Position numbers and translations under genes: made by a program. Positions 36,742 to 47,725 of a stretch of 64,000 nucleotides of DNA are shown piece by piece. The notes beneath the pieces were generated by a model, which saw nothing but the letters and a program-made list of their open reading frames with translations, made no database searches and was not told the origin of the DNA. The number at the start of each line of letters is the position of its first letter. Within the stretch, counting starts at the first letter, position 1. The DNA comes from Patescibacteria group bacterium (GTDB lineage: Bacteria > Patescibacteriota > Doudnabacteria > UBA920), in NCBI GenBank assembly GCA_023484515.1, contig JAMDAY010000028.1:2544-66543 (forward strand). The letters run 5' to 3'.

Positions 36742-36819
36742 GCCAATATGCACAATTTCATAAGATTTTAAGCCTTAACGCCACGGCCTTTTTTGCATAT
36801 GCAAAAAAGGAAATGTTTT

Positions 36820-39800
36820 ATGCACTCCAAATCTAAAACTCCTCAAGAACAAGCCATTTTTAAAGCGCAGGCGGACAAAACTTTGCCCAGGAAATTTTTT
36901 AACCACGGGCACGAAACTTCCCTGTTGCCGAATTTAATAGAAGTCCAGTTGGATTCTTACCGCTGGTTTTTGGAAAAAGGCTTAAAGGAACTGCTCGGGG
37001 AAATTAATCCCATCCGCGACTTTACCGGCAAAAATTTGGAACTTTTTTTCGGCGATTATTTTTTGGACAAGCCCAAATACGACGAATTCACTTCCCGCGA
37101 ACGCAATACCACTTTTGAAGCCCCGCTGTATGTAAGCGCGAAATTGGCAAACAAGGTTAACGGCAAGACCAAGACCCAGGACGTTTACTTCGGCGACTTT
37201 CCCTTAATGACCCCCCGCGGCACGTTTATCATCAACGGCGTGGAGCGCGTGGTGGTAAACCAGCTCATTAAGTCTCCCGGCGTGTTCTTTACCGCAGAAG
37301 GCCTGCGCGGCAAGAATTTTTACGGGGCCAAGATTATCCCCAACCGCGGCGCCTGGCTGGAGCTGGATACGGACGCAGCCGGCGTCATTGGCGTCAAAAT
37401 TGACCGCAAGCGCAGAATACCCATTACCGCTTTGCTGCGCGTTTTCGGCTTGTCTTCCAATGAAGAAATTTTGCAGGCGTTCCGCGACGTTGACACCGAT
37501 CCCGATACCAAATATATCCAGGCCACTTTGGAAAAGGACGCAAGCACTAACAGCGACGAAGGCTATAAGGAAGTTTACAAAAGGATCCGCCCGGGCGACC
37601 TGGCCACGGTGGACAACGCCAAGTCCTTAATTTCCGGGATGTTCTTTAATGCCGAGCGCTATGACTTGTCCGAAGTCGGTCGCTACAAGTTTAACCAGCG
37701 GCTGAATGTGGAAGAAAACAAAGGGCAAATTTTAACTAAAGAAGATCTAGTAACCGTAATCCGCGAAATTATCCGCCTGAACAATACCCAGCAGCCGGCC
37801 GACGACATTGACCATTTGGCCAACCGCCGCGTGCGCGCGGTGGGGGAATTAATCCAGACCCGCTTCCGCGTAGGGCTGGCCCGCATGGCCAGAATCGCCA
37901 AAGACCGCATGAGCCTGGCCGACCTGGACACCGTGACCCCGGCCCAGCTTATCCATGTGCGCCCGATTGTCGCCACCATGCAGGAATTTTTCTCTTCTTC
38001 CCAATTGTCCCAGTTTATGGACCAGACCAACCCCTTGGCCGAACTGGAGCACAAGCGCAGGCTTTCCGCCATGGGTCCGGGCGGGCTTTCCCGCGAGCGG
38101 GCCGGTTTTGAAGTCCGCGACGTGCACCACAGCCACTACGGCCGGTTGTGCCCCATTACCACTCCCGAAGGGCCGAACATCGGGCTGGTGGCCCATTTGG
38201 CCACCTACGCCCGCGTGAACGATTTCGGGTTCATAGAAACCCCTTACCGGGTGGTCAAAAAATTTGCCAAGAACGACGGCAAGGACGCGGCAGGCGAAAT
38301 TGCCTTGTTTGACGTTAAGTCCCAGGAAGGCGGAATTTTAGCCGCCGCCGGCCAGGCGGTGAGCGAAAAGCAGGCCAAGGACTTGGCCAAGCACGGGGAG
38401 ATTTTGGAAATCCGCATCAAGCCCCGCCTGACGGACAAGGTTGTCTATTTGGACGCTTACGAAGAAGAAAAATTGACCATTGGCCAGGCGAACATTGAGG
38501 TGGACGGGAAAGGGTATTTTACCGCGCCCCGCGCTTCGGTCCGCGTGCATACCGTGCCGAGCATTGCTTCCACCGACGACATTGACTGCATAGACGTTTC
38601 GCCCAAGCAGATTATTTCCATAACTACTTCATTAATTCCGTTTTTGGAACACGATGACGCTAACCGCGCCCTTATGGGCAGCAACATGCAACGCCAGGCC
38701 GTGTCCTGCATCCGTCCCGAAGCCCCCTTGGTGGGCACGGGTATGGAAAGCAAGGCCGCCCACGACAGCGGCACCGTGGTTTTGGCCGAAGAAGACGGGG
38801 AAGTGCTTTCCGTTACCGGCGACAAAATTATAGTGGCAGGGGACAAAGGCAAGAAAAACGAATATCAGTTGCTTAAATTCTTGCGCACCAATTCGGCCAC
38901 GGCCATTAACCAGATTGCCCGCGTCACCAAAGGCCAAAAGGTGAAAAAAGGCGACCTGCTGGCAGACGGCGCTTCCACGGAAAACGGGGAGCTGGCCTTG
39001 GGTCAGAACGTGCTGGTGGCCTTTATGTCCTGGGAAGGCGGCAACTACGAAGACGCGGTGCTGCTTTCGGAGCGCGTAGTGCAGCAGGACCGTTATTCCT
39101 CCATTCATATTGACGACTTTAAGATAGACGTGCGCGACACCAAGCTCGGTCCGGAACAGATTACCCGCGACATCCCCAATGTCGGGGAAGAAAAATTGAA
39201 GGATTTGGACGAGAACGGCATTATCCGCATTGGCGCGCAAGTAAAAGCAGGGGATATTTTGGTGGGTAAGATTACCCCCAAAGGCGAAACTGACCTGACT
39301 GCGGAAGAAAAATTGCTGCGCGTCATTTTCGGGGAAAAATCCCGCGACGTAAAAGATACCTCCTTAACTTTGCCGCACGGCGAATACGGCAAGGTTGTGA
39401 ATATTCGCCAGTTTACCCGTGAAGCCGGGGACAAATTGCCTTCCGGCGTGGTGCGCTCCATTCAGGTGTCCGTGGCCGTGCTCCGCAAGGTCCAGGTCGG
39501 CGACAAAATGGCCGGCCGCCATGGCAACAAGGGCGTTATTTCCAAAATTATTCCGGTGGAAGACTTGCCTTTCATGGAAGACGGCCGCGCCGTGGACGTG
39601 GTGCTGAACCCCTTGGGCGTGGTGTCCCGTATGAACTTGGGACAGATTTTGGAGACGCACTTGGGCATGGCCGCTTATCGTCTTGGCTACAAGGCGGCTA
39701 CTCCGGTCCTGGAAGGGGTAGTAGAGCGGCAAATTAAGGAAGAACTGGCCAAGTCCGGCATTCCGGAAGACGGCAAAGTGGTATTGTATGACGGCAAGAC

Positions 39801-40317
39801 CGGCGAGCGATTTGACGAAAAAGTCACGGTCGGCGTGATGTATTTCTTAAAGCTCCATCACTTGGTAGACGACAAGATGCACGCCCGGTCCACGGGTCCC
39901 TATTCGCTAATTACCCAGCAGCCGTTGGGCGGCAAGGCCCAGTTTGGCGGCCAGCGTTTCGGAGAAATGGAAGTGTGGGCCCTGGAAGGATACGGCGCCG
40001 CCCATACTTTGCAGGAAATGCTTACTATAAAATCGGACGACGTAGTCGGAAGGTCCAAGACTTACGAAGCTATTGTGAAGGGCGAGCCCATTAAGAAGCC
40101 GAACATTCCGGAAAGCTTCCGCGTGCTGGTCAAGGAATTGCAAAGCTTGTGCATGGACGTGGAACTGCTTGGCGCGGACGGGGCAATAATGTCCGCCTCG
40201 GAAGAGAGCGAAGTGGTGGTTCCCGGCCCAATACAGCAGCCCGTAACCGTGCCCGAAGTTTCGCTGTTTGAGGAAGAAAAGCCTAAGGAAAAGAAAAGCA
40301 AGAAAAAGGCGAAGTAA
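36820..40317 (+). CDS. rpoB: RNA polymerase subunit beta
   Basis: GTFIINGVERV, SQFMDQTNPL, GDKMAGRHGNKG, GGQRFGEMEVWAL. Start is approximate. Confidence 0.99.
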   Translation: MHSKSKTPQEQAIFKAQADKTLPRKFFNHGHETSLLPNLIEVQLDSYRWFLEKGLKELLGEINPIRDFTGKNLELFFGDYFLDKPKYDEFTSRERNTTFEAPLYVSAKLANKVNGKTKTQDVYFGDFPLMTPRGTFIINGVERVVVNQLIKSPGVFFTAEGLRGKNFYGAKIIPNRGAWLELDTDAAGVIGVKIDRKRRIPITALLRVFGLSSNEEILQAFRDVDTDPDTKYIQATLEKDASTNSDEGYKEVYKRIRPGDLATVDNAKSLISGMFFNAERYDLSEVGRYKFNQRLNVEENKGQILTKEDLVTVIREIIRLNNTQQPADDIDHLANRRVRAVGELIQTRFRVGLARMARIAKDRMSLADLDTVTPAQLIHVRPIVATMQEFFSSSQLSQFMDQTNPLAELEHKRRLSAMGPGGLSRERAGFEVRDVHHSHYGRLCPITTPEGPNIGLVAHLATYARVNDFGFIETPYRVVKKFAKNDGKDAAGEIALFDVKSQEGGILAAAGQAVSEKQAKDLAKHGEILEIRIKPRLTDKVVYLDAYEEEKLTIGQANIEVDGKGYFTAPRASVRVHTVPSIASTDDIDCIDVSPKQIISITTSLIPFLEHDDANRALMGSNMQRQAVSCIRPEAPLVGTGMESKAAHDSGTVVLAEEDGEVLSVTGDKIIVAGDKGKKNEYQLLKFLRTNSATAINQIARVTKGQKVKKGDLLADGASTENGELALGQNVLVAFMSWEGGNYEDAVLLSERVVQQDRYSSIHIDDFKIDVRDTKLGPEQITRDIPNVGEEKLKDLDENGIIRIGAQVKAGDILVGKITPKGETDLTAEEKLLRVIFGEKSRDVKDTSLTLPHGEYGKVVNIRQFTREAGDKLPSGVVRSIQVSVAVLRKVQVGDKMAGRHGNKGVISKIIPVEDLPFMEDGRAVDVVLNPLGVVSRMNLGQILETHLGMAAYRLGYKAATPVLEGVVERQIKEELAKSGIPEDGKVVLYDGKTGERFDEKVTVGVMYFLKLHHLVDDKMHARSTGPYSLITQQPLGGKAQFGGQRFGEMEVWALEGYGAAHTLQEMLTIKSDDVVGRSKTYEAIVKGEPIKKPNIPESFRVLVKELQSLCMDVELLGADGAIMSASEESEVVVPGPIQQPVTVPEVSLFEEEKPKEKKSKKKAK

Positions 40318-40347
40318 CAATAACTAATAACTATAACAATATATAGA

Positions 40348-40790
40348 TGTAGGGGCGGGCATTGCCCGCCCGCCACAGAACGGGCGGCCGATGGCCGCCC
40401 CTACAGGAACCTAAAAAAATTTGTGTCATTGCGAGGTCAGGGCTTTATCTGGCCGAAGCAATCTTTTCCTTATGATATAGTAAGTAAAATAATTTTTTAG
40501 CCTTCAATAGCGACAGCCAAATACGAGTGCATTGTAGTTGCCTGATTTATCAGGCTCAAAGGGCCCCATAAATGGGGCAACTACGCAAGGGGCGGCTAAA
40601 AATTTATTTGATTCACTATAGTTTGCTTCGCCCCTCGGATGCACTCGGGGCTCGCAATGACATAAAAAAAGCGCCGCGTCCGTCCTTGCCCGAAGGCAAA
40701 TCGGATTTTCAATAATGTTGAAATTTAAAAAATTTAAGAATTGGGCATTTATTGGAAATTAGAAATTGGGAATTTGAAATTTTTAACTAC
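40348..40790. repeat. Cluster of repeat elements between rpoB and rpoC
   Basis: GTAG doublet at 40348-40405; TGTCATTGCGAG element at 40424-40662 with a nested GTAGTTGCC doublet at 40533-40584; 7-mer GAAATTN tract at ~40716-40785. Confidence 0.88.
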
Positions 40791-40857
40791 AAATTATCAA
40801 ATAGCCACTAAAGTGGCAAAGCCATCAAGTATTAATTTTTAAGAAGAACGTTAATTT

Positions 40858-43800
40858 ATGTTCACCCAAACCGAAGACTTCAAGGGAGTACGCTTGAAAC
40901 TGGCCAGCCCGGATACCATTTTGCAATGGTCCCACGGCGAAGTCACCAAGCCGGAAACCATCAACTACCGCACCCAGCGTCCGGAAAAGGACGGGCTTTT
41001 CGACGAGAAAATTTTCGGGCCCATTAAGGACTGGGAATGCTACTGCGGCAAATACAAAAGGATCCGCTACAAAGGGATAGTGTGCGACAAGTGCGGCGTG
41101 GAAGTCACCAAGTCCTCGGTGCGGCGCGAGCGCATGGGGCACATTAAGCTGGCCGTGCCCGTGGCCCATATTTGGTTTTTGCGCGGCGTGCCTTCGCGCC
41201 TCGGCTTAATATTGGATTTGGGCGTGCAGGAACTGGAAAAAGTGGTATACTTTGCCGCTTACATTATTACTAACGTGGACGAAGAAGTCCGCATGTCCAC
41301 CCTGGATCAGATTGAACGGGAATTCAAGGCCAAGAAAAAGAACATAGAAGAAAAATATGAAACCTTGATCGGAAAAGCGCGCAGCGGCATCCAGCAGCAC
41401 GGCGGCAGCAAGGACCAGGACGTGGTGCAGGCCGAAATAGACGCGGAAGTTACCAGGCTTAAAGACGCCTGGGCCAAGGAAGTGGACGGCCTGGAATCTA
41501 TCCGCGACCAGGCGCGCAGCGAACTAAAATCCATCAAAAAATACCAGATTATCAGCGAACTGCAATATCGCGACCTGTCCTTAAAATACGGCCCCGTGTT
41601 TTCCGCAGGCATTGGCGCGGAAGCGTTAAAGGGCTTATTGGAAGAGACTAATCTGGAGAATTTGGCGCAGGAACTGCAGACCGAACTGCCCAATTTGGAG
41701 GGCCAGGCTAACCGTAAAGTTTTAAAGCGGCTCAAACTGGTCAAGTCCTTAATTTTGTCGGGCCTAAGGCCGGAATGGATGCTGGTGACCATGCTGCCGG
41801 TTATTCCGCCGGACCTGCGGCCCATGGTGCAGTTGGACGGCGGCCGGTTTGCCGCGTCCGACTTGAATGACTTATACCGCCGCGTCATTAACCGCAATAA
41901 CCGTTTAAAGAAACTTTTGGAAATTAAGGCGCCGGAAGTTATAACCCGCAACGAAAAGCGCATGTTGCAGGAAGCCGTGGACGCGCTTATAGACAATTCC
42001 ATCCGCCACGGCAAGGAAGTTACAGCTTCCACAGGGCAAAAGCGCAAGCTGCGCTCTTTGGCCGACATGCTTAAAGGCAAGCAGGGGCGGTTCCGCCAAA
42101 ACTTACTTGGTAAGCGCGTGGACTACTCCGGCCGCAGCGTTATTGTGGTCGGCCCGCACTTGAAATTGCACCAGTGCGGCCTGCCGAAATTTATGGCCCT
42201 GGAATTGTTTAAGCCGTTTGTCATTTCCAAGCTGATTGCCCGCGAATATGCGCACAACGTGCGCAGCGCCAACCGCTTAATAGAGCAGGGGCGCACCGAA
42301 GTTTACGACATCCTGGAAGAAGTGACCAGCGACCATTATGTGCTGCTTAACCGCGCGCCGACTTTGCATCGTTTGGGTTTTCAGGCATTCCAGCCGGTAT
42401 TGATAGAAGGTAAGGCCATCCAGTTGCACCCTATGGTGTGTGCCGCGTTCAACGCGGATTTTGACGGCGACCAGATGGCCGTGCACGTGCCTTTGACCGA
42501 ACTGGCGCAAAAGGAAGCCAAGGAAATTATGGTTTCCGCGCATAACCTGCTCAAACCGGCTTCCGGCGACCCGGTGATGACCCCGGACAAGGACGTGGTA
42601 GTCGGCTGCTACTATATAACCAAGACCCGCGAAGGCTTAAAGGGCGAAGGTAAATATTTTTCCAATCCGCAGGAAGCCATTTTGGCTTACAATAATCATT
42701 TCGTGCACATCCAGGCAAAAATCAAAGTAAGGATGCCTGCGGAAGACGGCGCCGCAGAGGAGATGGTAGAAACGTCCGTGGGCCGCCTTATCTTTAACAA
42801 AATTATCCCCAAGGAATTGGGTTTTAAGAACGACGCCTTTGACAAGAAAAAATTGCAGGCTTTGGTCCGCGAAGCGCACCGCCAGTTGGGCAACGAGCGC
42901 ACTGCGGAATTGATTGACGAAATTAAGCGCACCGGCTTTACCTATATGAAACAGTCGGGATTGTCCTGGGGCATGGACGATTTGCGCGTGCCGCAAAACA
43001 AGTATGAACTGTTCGGCACGGCCGATACGGAAGTGGAATCCACTTACCAGCAGTACCGCGAAGGCTTGCTGACCGAGGAAGAGCGCAAGAACCGCGTGGT
43101 GGAAATTTGGGCTGACACCAGCGAACGCATTGCCAAGAGCGTAACCCAGACCGTGGACGAGCACAGCACGGTTAATTACATGGTCAGCAGCGGAGCCAGG
43201 GGGTCGTTTTCCCAAATTACGCAGATGTCAGGCATGAAAGGACTGGTGGTCAACCCGGCCGGCGACGTTATTGAATTGCCGGTCCGCGGCAGCTTTAAGG
43301 AAGGCCTGGCCGTATTGGAATATTTTATTTCCACGCACGGCTCGCGGAAAGGCATGTCGGACACGGCTTTAAGGACCGCGGACGCCGGCTACCTGACCAG
43401 GAGGCTGGTGGACGTGGCGCAGGATATTGTGATTAACGCGGAAGACTGCGGCACTGAAGAATATGACTTAATAACTTTGGCTGACAGCCAGAGAATGGGC
43501 AAGCCTTTGGATCGCCGCTTGTTCGGCCGCGTAGTCGCCGAAGACCTCAAGGACAAGGAAGGCAATATTATAGTGGCCAAAAACCAGGGCATTGACGATT
43601 TCCTGGCCAAACAAATTGTGGAACTGGGCATAACCGAAGTCAAGTGCCGCAGCGTGCTCAAGTGCAAGCTGACCCGCGGCATTTGCCGCCTGTGTTACGG
43701 GTTTGACCTGGGCTTTAACAAGATGGTCCAGCCCGGCGCGGCCGCCGGCATTGTGGCCGCCCAGGCCATTGGCGAACCGGGCACGCAGCTGACCATGAGA

Positions 43801-44757
43801 ACTTTCCATACCGGCGGTTCGGCCAGCGTAAAAGACATTACCCAAGGTTTGCCTCGCGTGGAAGAACTGTTTGAAGCGCGTGAACCAAAAGGGGAAGCCA
43901 CGGTTTCGGAAATTGACGGGCAGGCATATATTAGCAAGCCTAACAACAAGGAATACATAGTGCGCGTGCAGGGCGCGGACGTGGAAACCGACGTTTACGA
44001 ATTAGGGGGCGCCCATGCCGCAGTCAAGGACGGCAGCAAGGTGTCCGCTGGCGAAACTTTGTATCTGGACGAGGCAGGCAAGCCTGTCCGGTCCAAGGAC
44101 GCGGGCTTTGTGCGCGTGGAAAAAGGGCGGATTGCGGTAGTGCACGAGAGCGACGACGTTAAGGAATACGTTATTCCGGCTTCGTTCAGCCTTTTAATCA
44201 AGGACGGCGACCTGGTAACCAAAGGACAGCAGTTGACCGAAGGCAACTTAAATCCCAACTTAATTATGAAATTGCGCGGCGTGGAAGAAGCGCAAAAATA
44301 CATTACCAGGGAAGTCCAGGACATTTACGTGTCCCAGGGACAGAACATCCACGACAAGCACATTGAAGTGATTGTCCGGCAGATGTTCTCCAAGATGCGC
44401 ATTGCCGATTCCGGGGACAGTGAATTCGTGGTGGGGGAGATAGTGGACAAATCCAAGCTGAATTATATTAACGAAGGCCTGCTGAAAAACGGGCAGCGCC
44501 CGGCCCAGGCCGAACAGTTGCTGATGGGAATTACCAAAGTATCCCTTAATACCGATTCGTTTCTGGCAGCCGCTTCTTTCCAGGAAACTACTCGCGTTTT
44601 GATTGAAGCCGCGGTGACCGGCAAGACCGACTACTTGCGCGGGCTTAAGGAAAACGTGATTATTGGCAAGCTCATTCCGGCCGGCACCGGCTTTAGCAAA
44701 GAAATCGCCAAGGAAAACCTGCAGGCCGAAGAGGCGGTATCGCTGGCTTCGGAGTAG
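40858..44757 (+). CDS. rpoC: RNA polymerase subunit beta'
   Basis: KPETINYRT, Zn finger CYCGKY...[33 protein letters not shown]. Confidence 0.99.
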   Translation: MFTQTEDFKGVRLKLASPDTILQWSHGEVTKPETINYRTQRPEKDGLFDEKIFGPIKDWECYCGKYKRIRYKGIVCDKCGVEVTKSSVRRERMGHIKLAVPVAHIWFLRGVPSRLGLILDLGVQELEKVVYFAAYIITNVDEEVRMSTLDQIEREFKAKKKNIEEKYETLIGKARSGIQQHGGSKDQDVVQAEIDAEVTRLKDAWAKEVDGLESIRDQARSELKSIKKYQIISELQYRDLSLKYGPVFSAGIGAEALKGLLEETNLENLAQELQTELPNLEGQANRKVLKRLKLVKSLILSGLRPEWMLVTMLPVIPPDLRPMVQLDGGRFAASDLNDLYRRVINRNNRLKKLLEIKAPEVITRNEKRMLQEAVDALIDNSIRHGKEVTASTGQKRKLRSLADMLKGKQGRFRQNLLGKRVDYSGRSVIVVGPHLKLHQCGLPKFMALELFKPFVISKLIAREYAHNVRSANRLIEQGRTEVYDILEEVTSDHYVLLNRAPTLHRLGFQAFQPVLIEGKAIQLHPMVCAAFNADFDGDQMAVHVPLTELAQKEAKEIMVSAHNLLKPASGDPVMTPDKDVVVGCYYITKTREGLKGEGKYFSNPQEAILAYNNHFVHIQAKIKVRMPAEDGAAEEMVETSVGRLIFNKIIPKELGFKNDAFDKKKLQALVREAHRQLGNERTAELIDEIKRTGFTYMKQSGLSWGMDDLRVPQNKYELFGTADTEVESTYQQYREGLLTEEERKNRVVEIWADTSERIAKSVTQTVDEHSTVNYMVSSGARGSFSQITQMSGMKGLVVNPAGDVIELPVRGSFKEGLAVLEYFISTHGSRKGMSDTALRTADAGYLTRRLVDVAQDIVINAEDCGTEEYDLITLADSQRMGKPLDRRLFGRVVAEDLKDKEGNIIVAKNQGIDDFLAKQIVELGITEVKCRSVLKCKLTRGICRLCYGFDLGFNKMVQPGAAAGIVAAQAIGEPGTQLTMRTFHTGGSASVKDITQGLPRVEELFEAREPKGEATVSEIDGQAYISKPNNKEYIVRVQGADVETDVYELGGAHAAVKDGSKVSAGETLYLDEAGKPVRSKDAGFVRVEKGRIAVVHESDDVKEYVIPASFSLLIKDGDLVTKGQQLTEGNLNPNLIMKLRGVEEAQKYITREVQDIYVSQGQNIHDKHIEVIVRQMFSKMRIADSGDSEFVVGEIVDKSKLNYINEGLLKNGQRPAQAEQLLMGITKVSLNTDSFLAAASFQETTRVLIEAAVTGKTDYLRGLKENVIIGKLIPAGTGFSKEIAKENLQAEEAVSLASE

Positions 44758-45001
44758 CATCCAAACGGATTTACGCGAATGCAAAAACGAATAATTACGA
44801 ATACGTGAATATACGGACGGATACCATCCGCTCCTGCAAATTGATTAATTTAGAAAGGGACGGCCAAACGCCGCCCCTTTTTCGCGCTTGGATAAATTTT
44901 AAAAGGTTGGTTGCGGACCAGTTTTTTGAATTCGGTCCCTAATTTTGTGTTTGACTTGGAACCTGCAATCGTCTAATATTAATATGAAAAGACGGAGACG
45001 C

Positions 45002-45226
45002 ATGAAAACATTATTTTTAGAATCAGCGGTCTGGAAAGAGGGCAAATTTTACGTTGCCCAGTGTTTAAACGTGGATGTTTCCAGTTTTGGCAAAACCAAA
45101 AAAGAAGCTTTAAAAAACTTGCAGGAAGCCTTGGAACTTTATTTTGAGGACGAAAGCATAAAGCCTTCAAAAATAGCTTCCGTGGAAAAACCGGAACTGA
45201 CCAGGCTGCCCATAGCTTATGCCTAA
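45002..45226 (+). CDS. hicB: HicB-family antitoxin
   Basis: YVAQC..DVSSFGKTKKEALKNLQEALELY; overlaps the hicA start. Confidence 0.88.
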   Translation: MKTLFLESAVWKEGKFYVAQCLNVDVSSFGKTKKEALKNLQEALELYFEDESIKPSKIASVEKPELTRLPIAYA

Positions 45227-45431
45227 ATTATATTCTTCAAGCCAAATTATCAAAGTCCTGGAAAGCCGGGGCTTTGTTTTTGTTTCCCAAAAAGGCAGCC
45301 ATGTCAAATATCGCAAATATGGTAATCCTACCTTGACCGTAATAGTTACGGCGAATAAAAGACAGATTCCTTTAGGAACTTTTAAGTCTATTTTAAGGCA
45401 GTCCGGGTTAATGGAAGAAGATTTTAGTTGA
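45219..45431 (+). CDS. hicA: HicA-family toxin
   Basis: L..RGF..VSQKGSH...IPLGTFKSILRQSGL. Confidence 0.9.
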   Translation: MPKLYSSSQIIKVLESRGFVFVSQKGSHVKYRKYGNPTLTVIVTANKRQIPLGTFKSILRQSGLMEEDFS

Positions 45432-45483
45432 TGTATTTTGGGTATCACTATAGTTTGGAGGCAAAATCTGTTACAATAAAACC

Positions 45484-46713
45484 ATGAATAAACTCCAAAT
45501 TTCCCAACGCGCGCAAAAGATAATTGCTTCTCCCATAAGGAAGTTTTTGCCATTGATGCTGGAAGCGGAAAAACGGGGGATTAAAATATATAAGATCAAC
45601 GTGGGCGACCCGGATTTATTGCCACCGCCGGAATTTTACCGGGAAATAAAACGGCATTTGGCCGGCAATTTGGGTTATGCTCCTTCTCCCGGCATTGCCA
45701 GCCATGTGGCAGCCTGGCAGGAATATTACAGTCAAATGGGCGTAAATTTGCAGCCGGGAAATATTATCCCCACGCAGGGCGGCGCAGAAGCTATTTTACT
45801 GGCCATGCAGGCCGTGGCAGACCAGGGCGACGAGGTGGTAGTGTTTGAGCCTTTGTATGTCAGTTACCGGTCCTTTGCCGCCATGGCCGGCATTAAGCTG
45901 GTGCCCGTAACGTTGTCTATTGCCAACAACTTTAGCCTGCCTTCCGTTTCAGTTTTGAAAAATAAAATCACTAGCAGAACAAAGGCAATTGTAATTGTGA
46001 ATCCTGACAACCCCACAGGCAAGCTATGGAGCAAAAAAGAACTGGACCAGATAATCCAGGTTGCCAAAAAACATAACCTCTATATTATTTCCGACGAAAC
46101 TTACCGCGAAATTAGGTTTGACGGCAAAAAATTTTCCTGTCTTTTGACGCGCAAGGATGCCGCGGAAAATATAATATTATGCGACAGCGTGTCTAAGCGT
46201 TTTTCCATGCCCGGCGCGCGCATTGGCTGCGTGGCCAGTTTTAACAAAGAGATAATGTCAAGCGTGCTCAAGTTTGCCCAGGCCAGGCTTTCCGCCGGAA
46301 CTTTGGAACAGTTGGCCCTAGTTCCGCTGATAAAAAATAGCCGCTCCTATACCCGGAAAGTCCAAAAAGAATATTTGCGGCGGCGCAACGCGGTGGCAGC
46401 GGGCTTAAAAAATATTCCCGGCGCCGTATTCCGGCCGGCCCAGGGCGCATTTTACCAGGCCGTAAAACTGCCGGTTAAGTCCGCTGAGGATTTCGTAAAA
46501 TTTATGATCAGCGAATTCCAATACAAAGGCGCTACCGTCATGGTCACGCCCATGAAAGATTTCTACCTGACGCTGGGTTTAGGCGAAAATGAAGTCCGCA
46601 TAGCTTATGTGCTGAATGTTAAAGATTTGTCCGCAGCCATGGATGTTTTGCACAGAGGACTAATAGCATATAAAACGAGTCCCTTGAAGAGACCCTTCAA
46701 GGGGACCACATGA
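45484..46713 (+). CDS. PLP-dependent class I/II aminotransferase
   Basis: NPDNPTG, ISDETY, SVSKRFSMPGARIG. Confidence 0.93.
   Translation: MNKLQISQRAQKIIASPIRKFLPLMLEAEKRGIKIYKINVGDPDLLPPPEFYREIKRHLAGNLGYAPSPGIASHVAAWQEYYSQMGVNLQPGNIIPTQGGAEAILLAMQAVADQGDEVVVFEPLYVSYRSFAAMAGIKLVPVTLSIANNFSLPSVSVLKNKITSRTKAIVIVNPDNPTGKLWSKKELDQIIQVAKKHNLYIISDETYREIRFDGKKFSCLLTRKDAAENIILCDSVSKRFSMPGARIGCVASFNKEIMSSVLKFAQARLSAGTLEQLALVPLIKNSRSYTRKVQKEYLRRRNAVAAGLKNIPGAVFRPAQGAFYQAVKLPVKSAEDFVKFMISEFQYKGATVMVTPMKDFYLTLGLGENEVRIAYVLNVKDLSAAMDVLHRGLIAYKTSPLKRPFKGTT
46679..46706. repeat. REP palindrome upstream of transposase 2 (inside the aminotransferase 3' end)
   Basis: GTCCCTTGAAGAGACCCTTCAAGGGGAC. Confidence 0.9.
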
Positions 46714-47390
46714 AATATAGAGATTACAAGGTGTTTGCACCGGGAGGATATTATCATGTATATAATCGCGGTGTAGCTAAAACTGATATCTTTTTAGACG
46801 ATGACGACCGCAAATTTTTTCTATTTCGCCTTAAAGAATATTTGTTTCCCTTGAAGGGTCTCTTCAAGGGAAAAAGGCAGAATTTACCTGGAGGGGCGGC
46901 AATTGTGGCCGAAACCCATACCCCTTATAAAAGAAAAATGTTGCCTCCAGACAGTTTTTCCTTGCTTTGTTATTGCCTTATGCCTAACCACTTCCATTTT
47001 CTTATTAGGCAGGAAGGTGTGTTGGAGGTCCGGAAGCTGTTGGCTAAAGTTTGCACCAGTTATTCTAAATTTTTTAACCAAAAATATGGAAGAGTTGGAA
47101 GCTTATTTCAGGATGCCTTTAAAGCCATTTCTGTAGAAAATGATCCGCAACTCCTTTGGGTTTCATCATACATCCATAATAATCCAAAAACAGCTAACCT
47201 TGTCGATAACCTAACTGATTATCCTTGGAGCAGCTATTTGGATTATATCGGCAAGCGGCAGGGAACTTTGTGCGACAAGGAATTTATTTTAAAGATGATC
47301 GGGGGCGCGGAAAAGTATAAAAGATTTGCGGAAGACAGCTTTGCGAAAATAAAGGAAAGGAAAGATTGTGAAGGATTATTTTTAGATTAA
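46710..47390 (+). CDS. REP-associated tyrosine (Y1/HUH) transposase, copy 2
   Basis: YHVYNRG, YCLMPNHFH, YIHNNP, YPWSSY. Confidence 0.92.
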   Translation: MKYRDYKVFAPGGYYHVYNRGVAKTDIFLDDDDRKFFLFRLKEYLFPLKGLFKGKRQNLPGGAAIVAETHTPYKRKMLPPDSFSLLCYCLMPNHFHFLIRQEGVLEVRKLLAKVCTSYSKFFNQKYGRVGSLFQDAFKAISVENDPQLLWVSSYIHNNPKTANLVDNLTDYPWSSYLDYIGKRQGTLCDKEFILKMIGGAEKYKRFAEDSFAKIKERKDCEGLFLD

Positions 47391-47419
47391 ATCCCCTTGA
47401 AGGGTCTCTTCAAGGGGAT
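47391..47419. repeat. REP palindrome downstream of transposase 2 (inverted relative to the upstream copy)
   Basis: ATCCCCTTGAAGGGTCTCTTCAAGGGGAT. Confidence 0.9.
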
Positions 47420-47423
47420 ATTT

Positions 47424-47681
47424 TTAAGCGCTTTTTGACTTTTGGACAACCATCCAGCCGCCAAGGGCCGGCGGGGAAATTTCCAGCTTGTCTTTTTGCA
47501 GATAATATTTGGACGCGGATTTTCCATCAATCAGAACGGCGTATACATTCCCATTTTTGTCCTTTTTGTAAACTTTCCATTCGGCGCCTCCGCTGCCGTC
47601 GTTAAGGCAGGTGATTATATCGCCTTCCGAAAATTCATTGCCGTTTGGAATCTCCCTAAATTCATTTTTATTGTTTCGCAT
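47424..47681 (-). CDS. Small hypothetical protein
   Basis: ATG-started ORF co-oriented 45 bp after valS; no recognised motif. Confidence 0.55.
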   Translation of the reverse strand: MRNNKNEFREIPNGNEFSEGDIITCLNDGSGGAEWKVYKKDKNGNVYAVLIDGKSASKYYLQKDKLEISPPALGGWMVVQKSKSA

Positions 47682-47725
47682 AAAATTATGTTTTAAGCCG
47701 TTAAGGCTATGTTAATTAATTTTGA

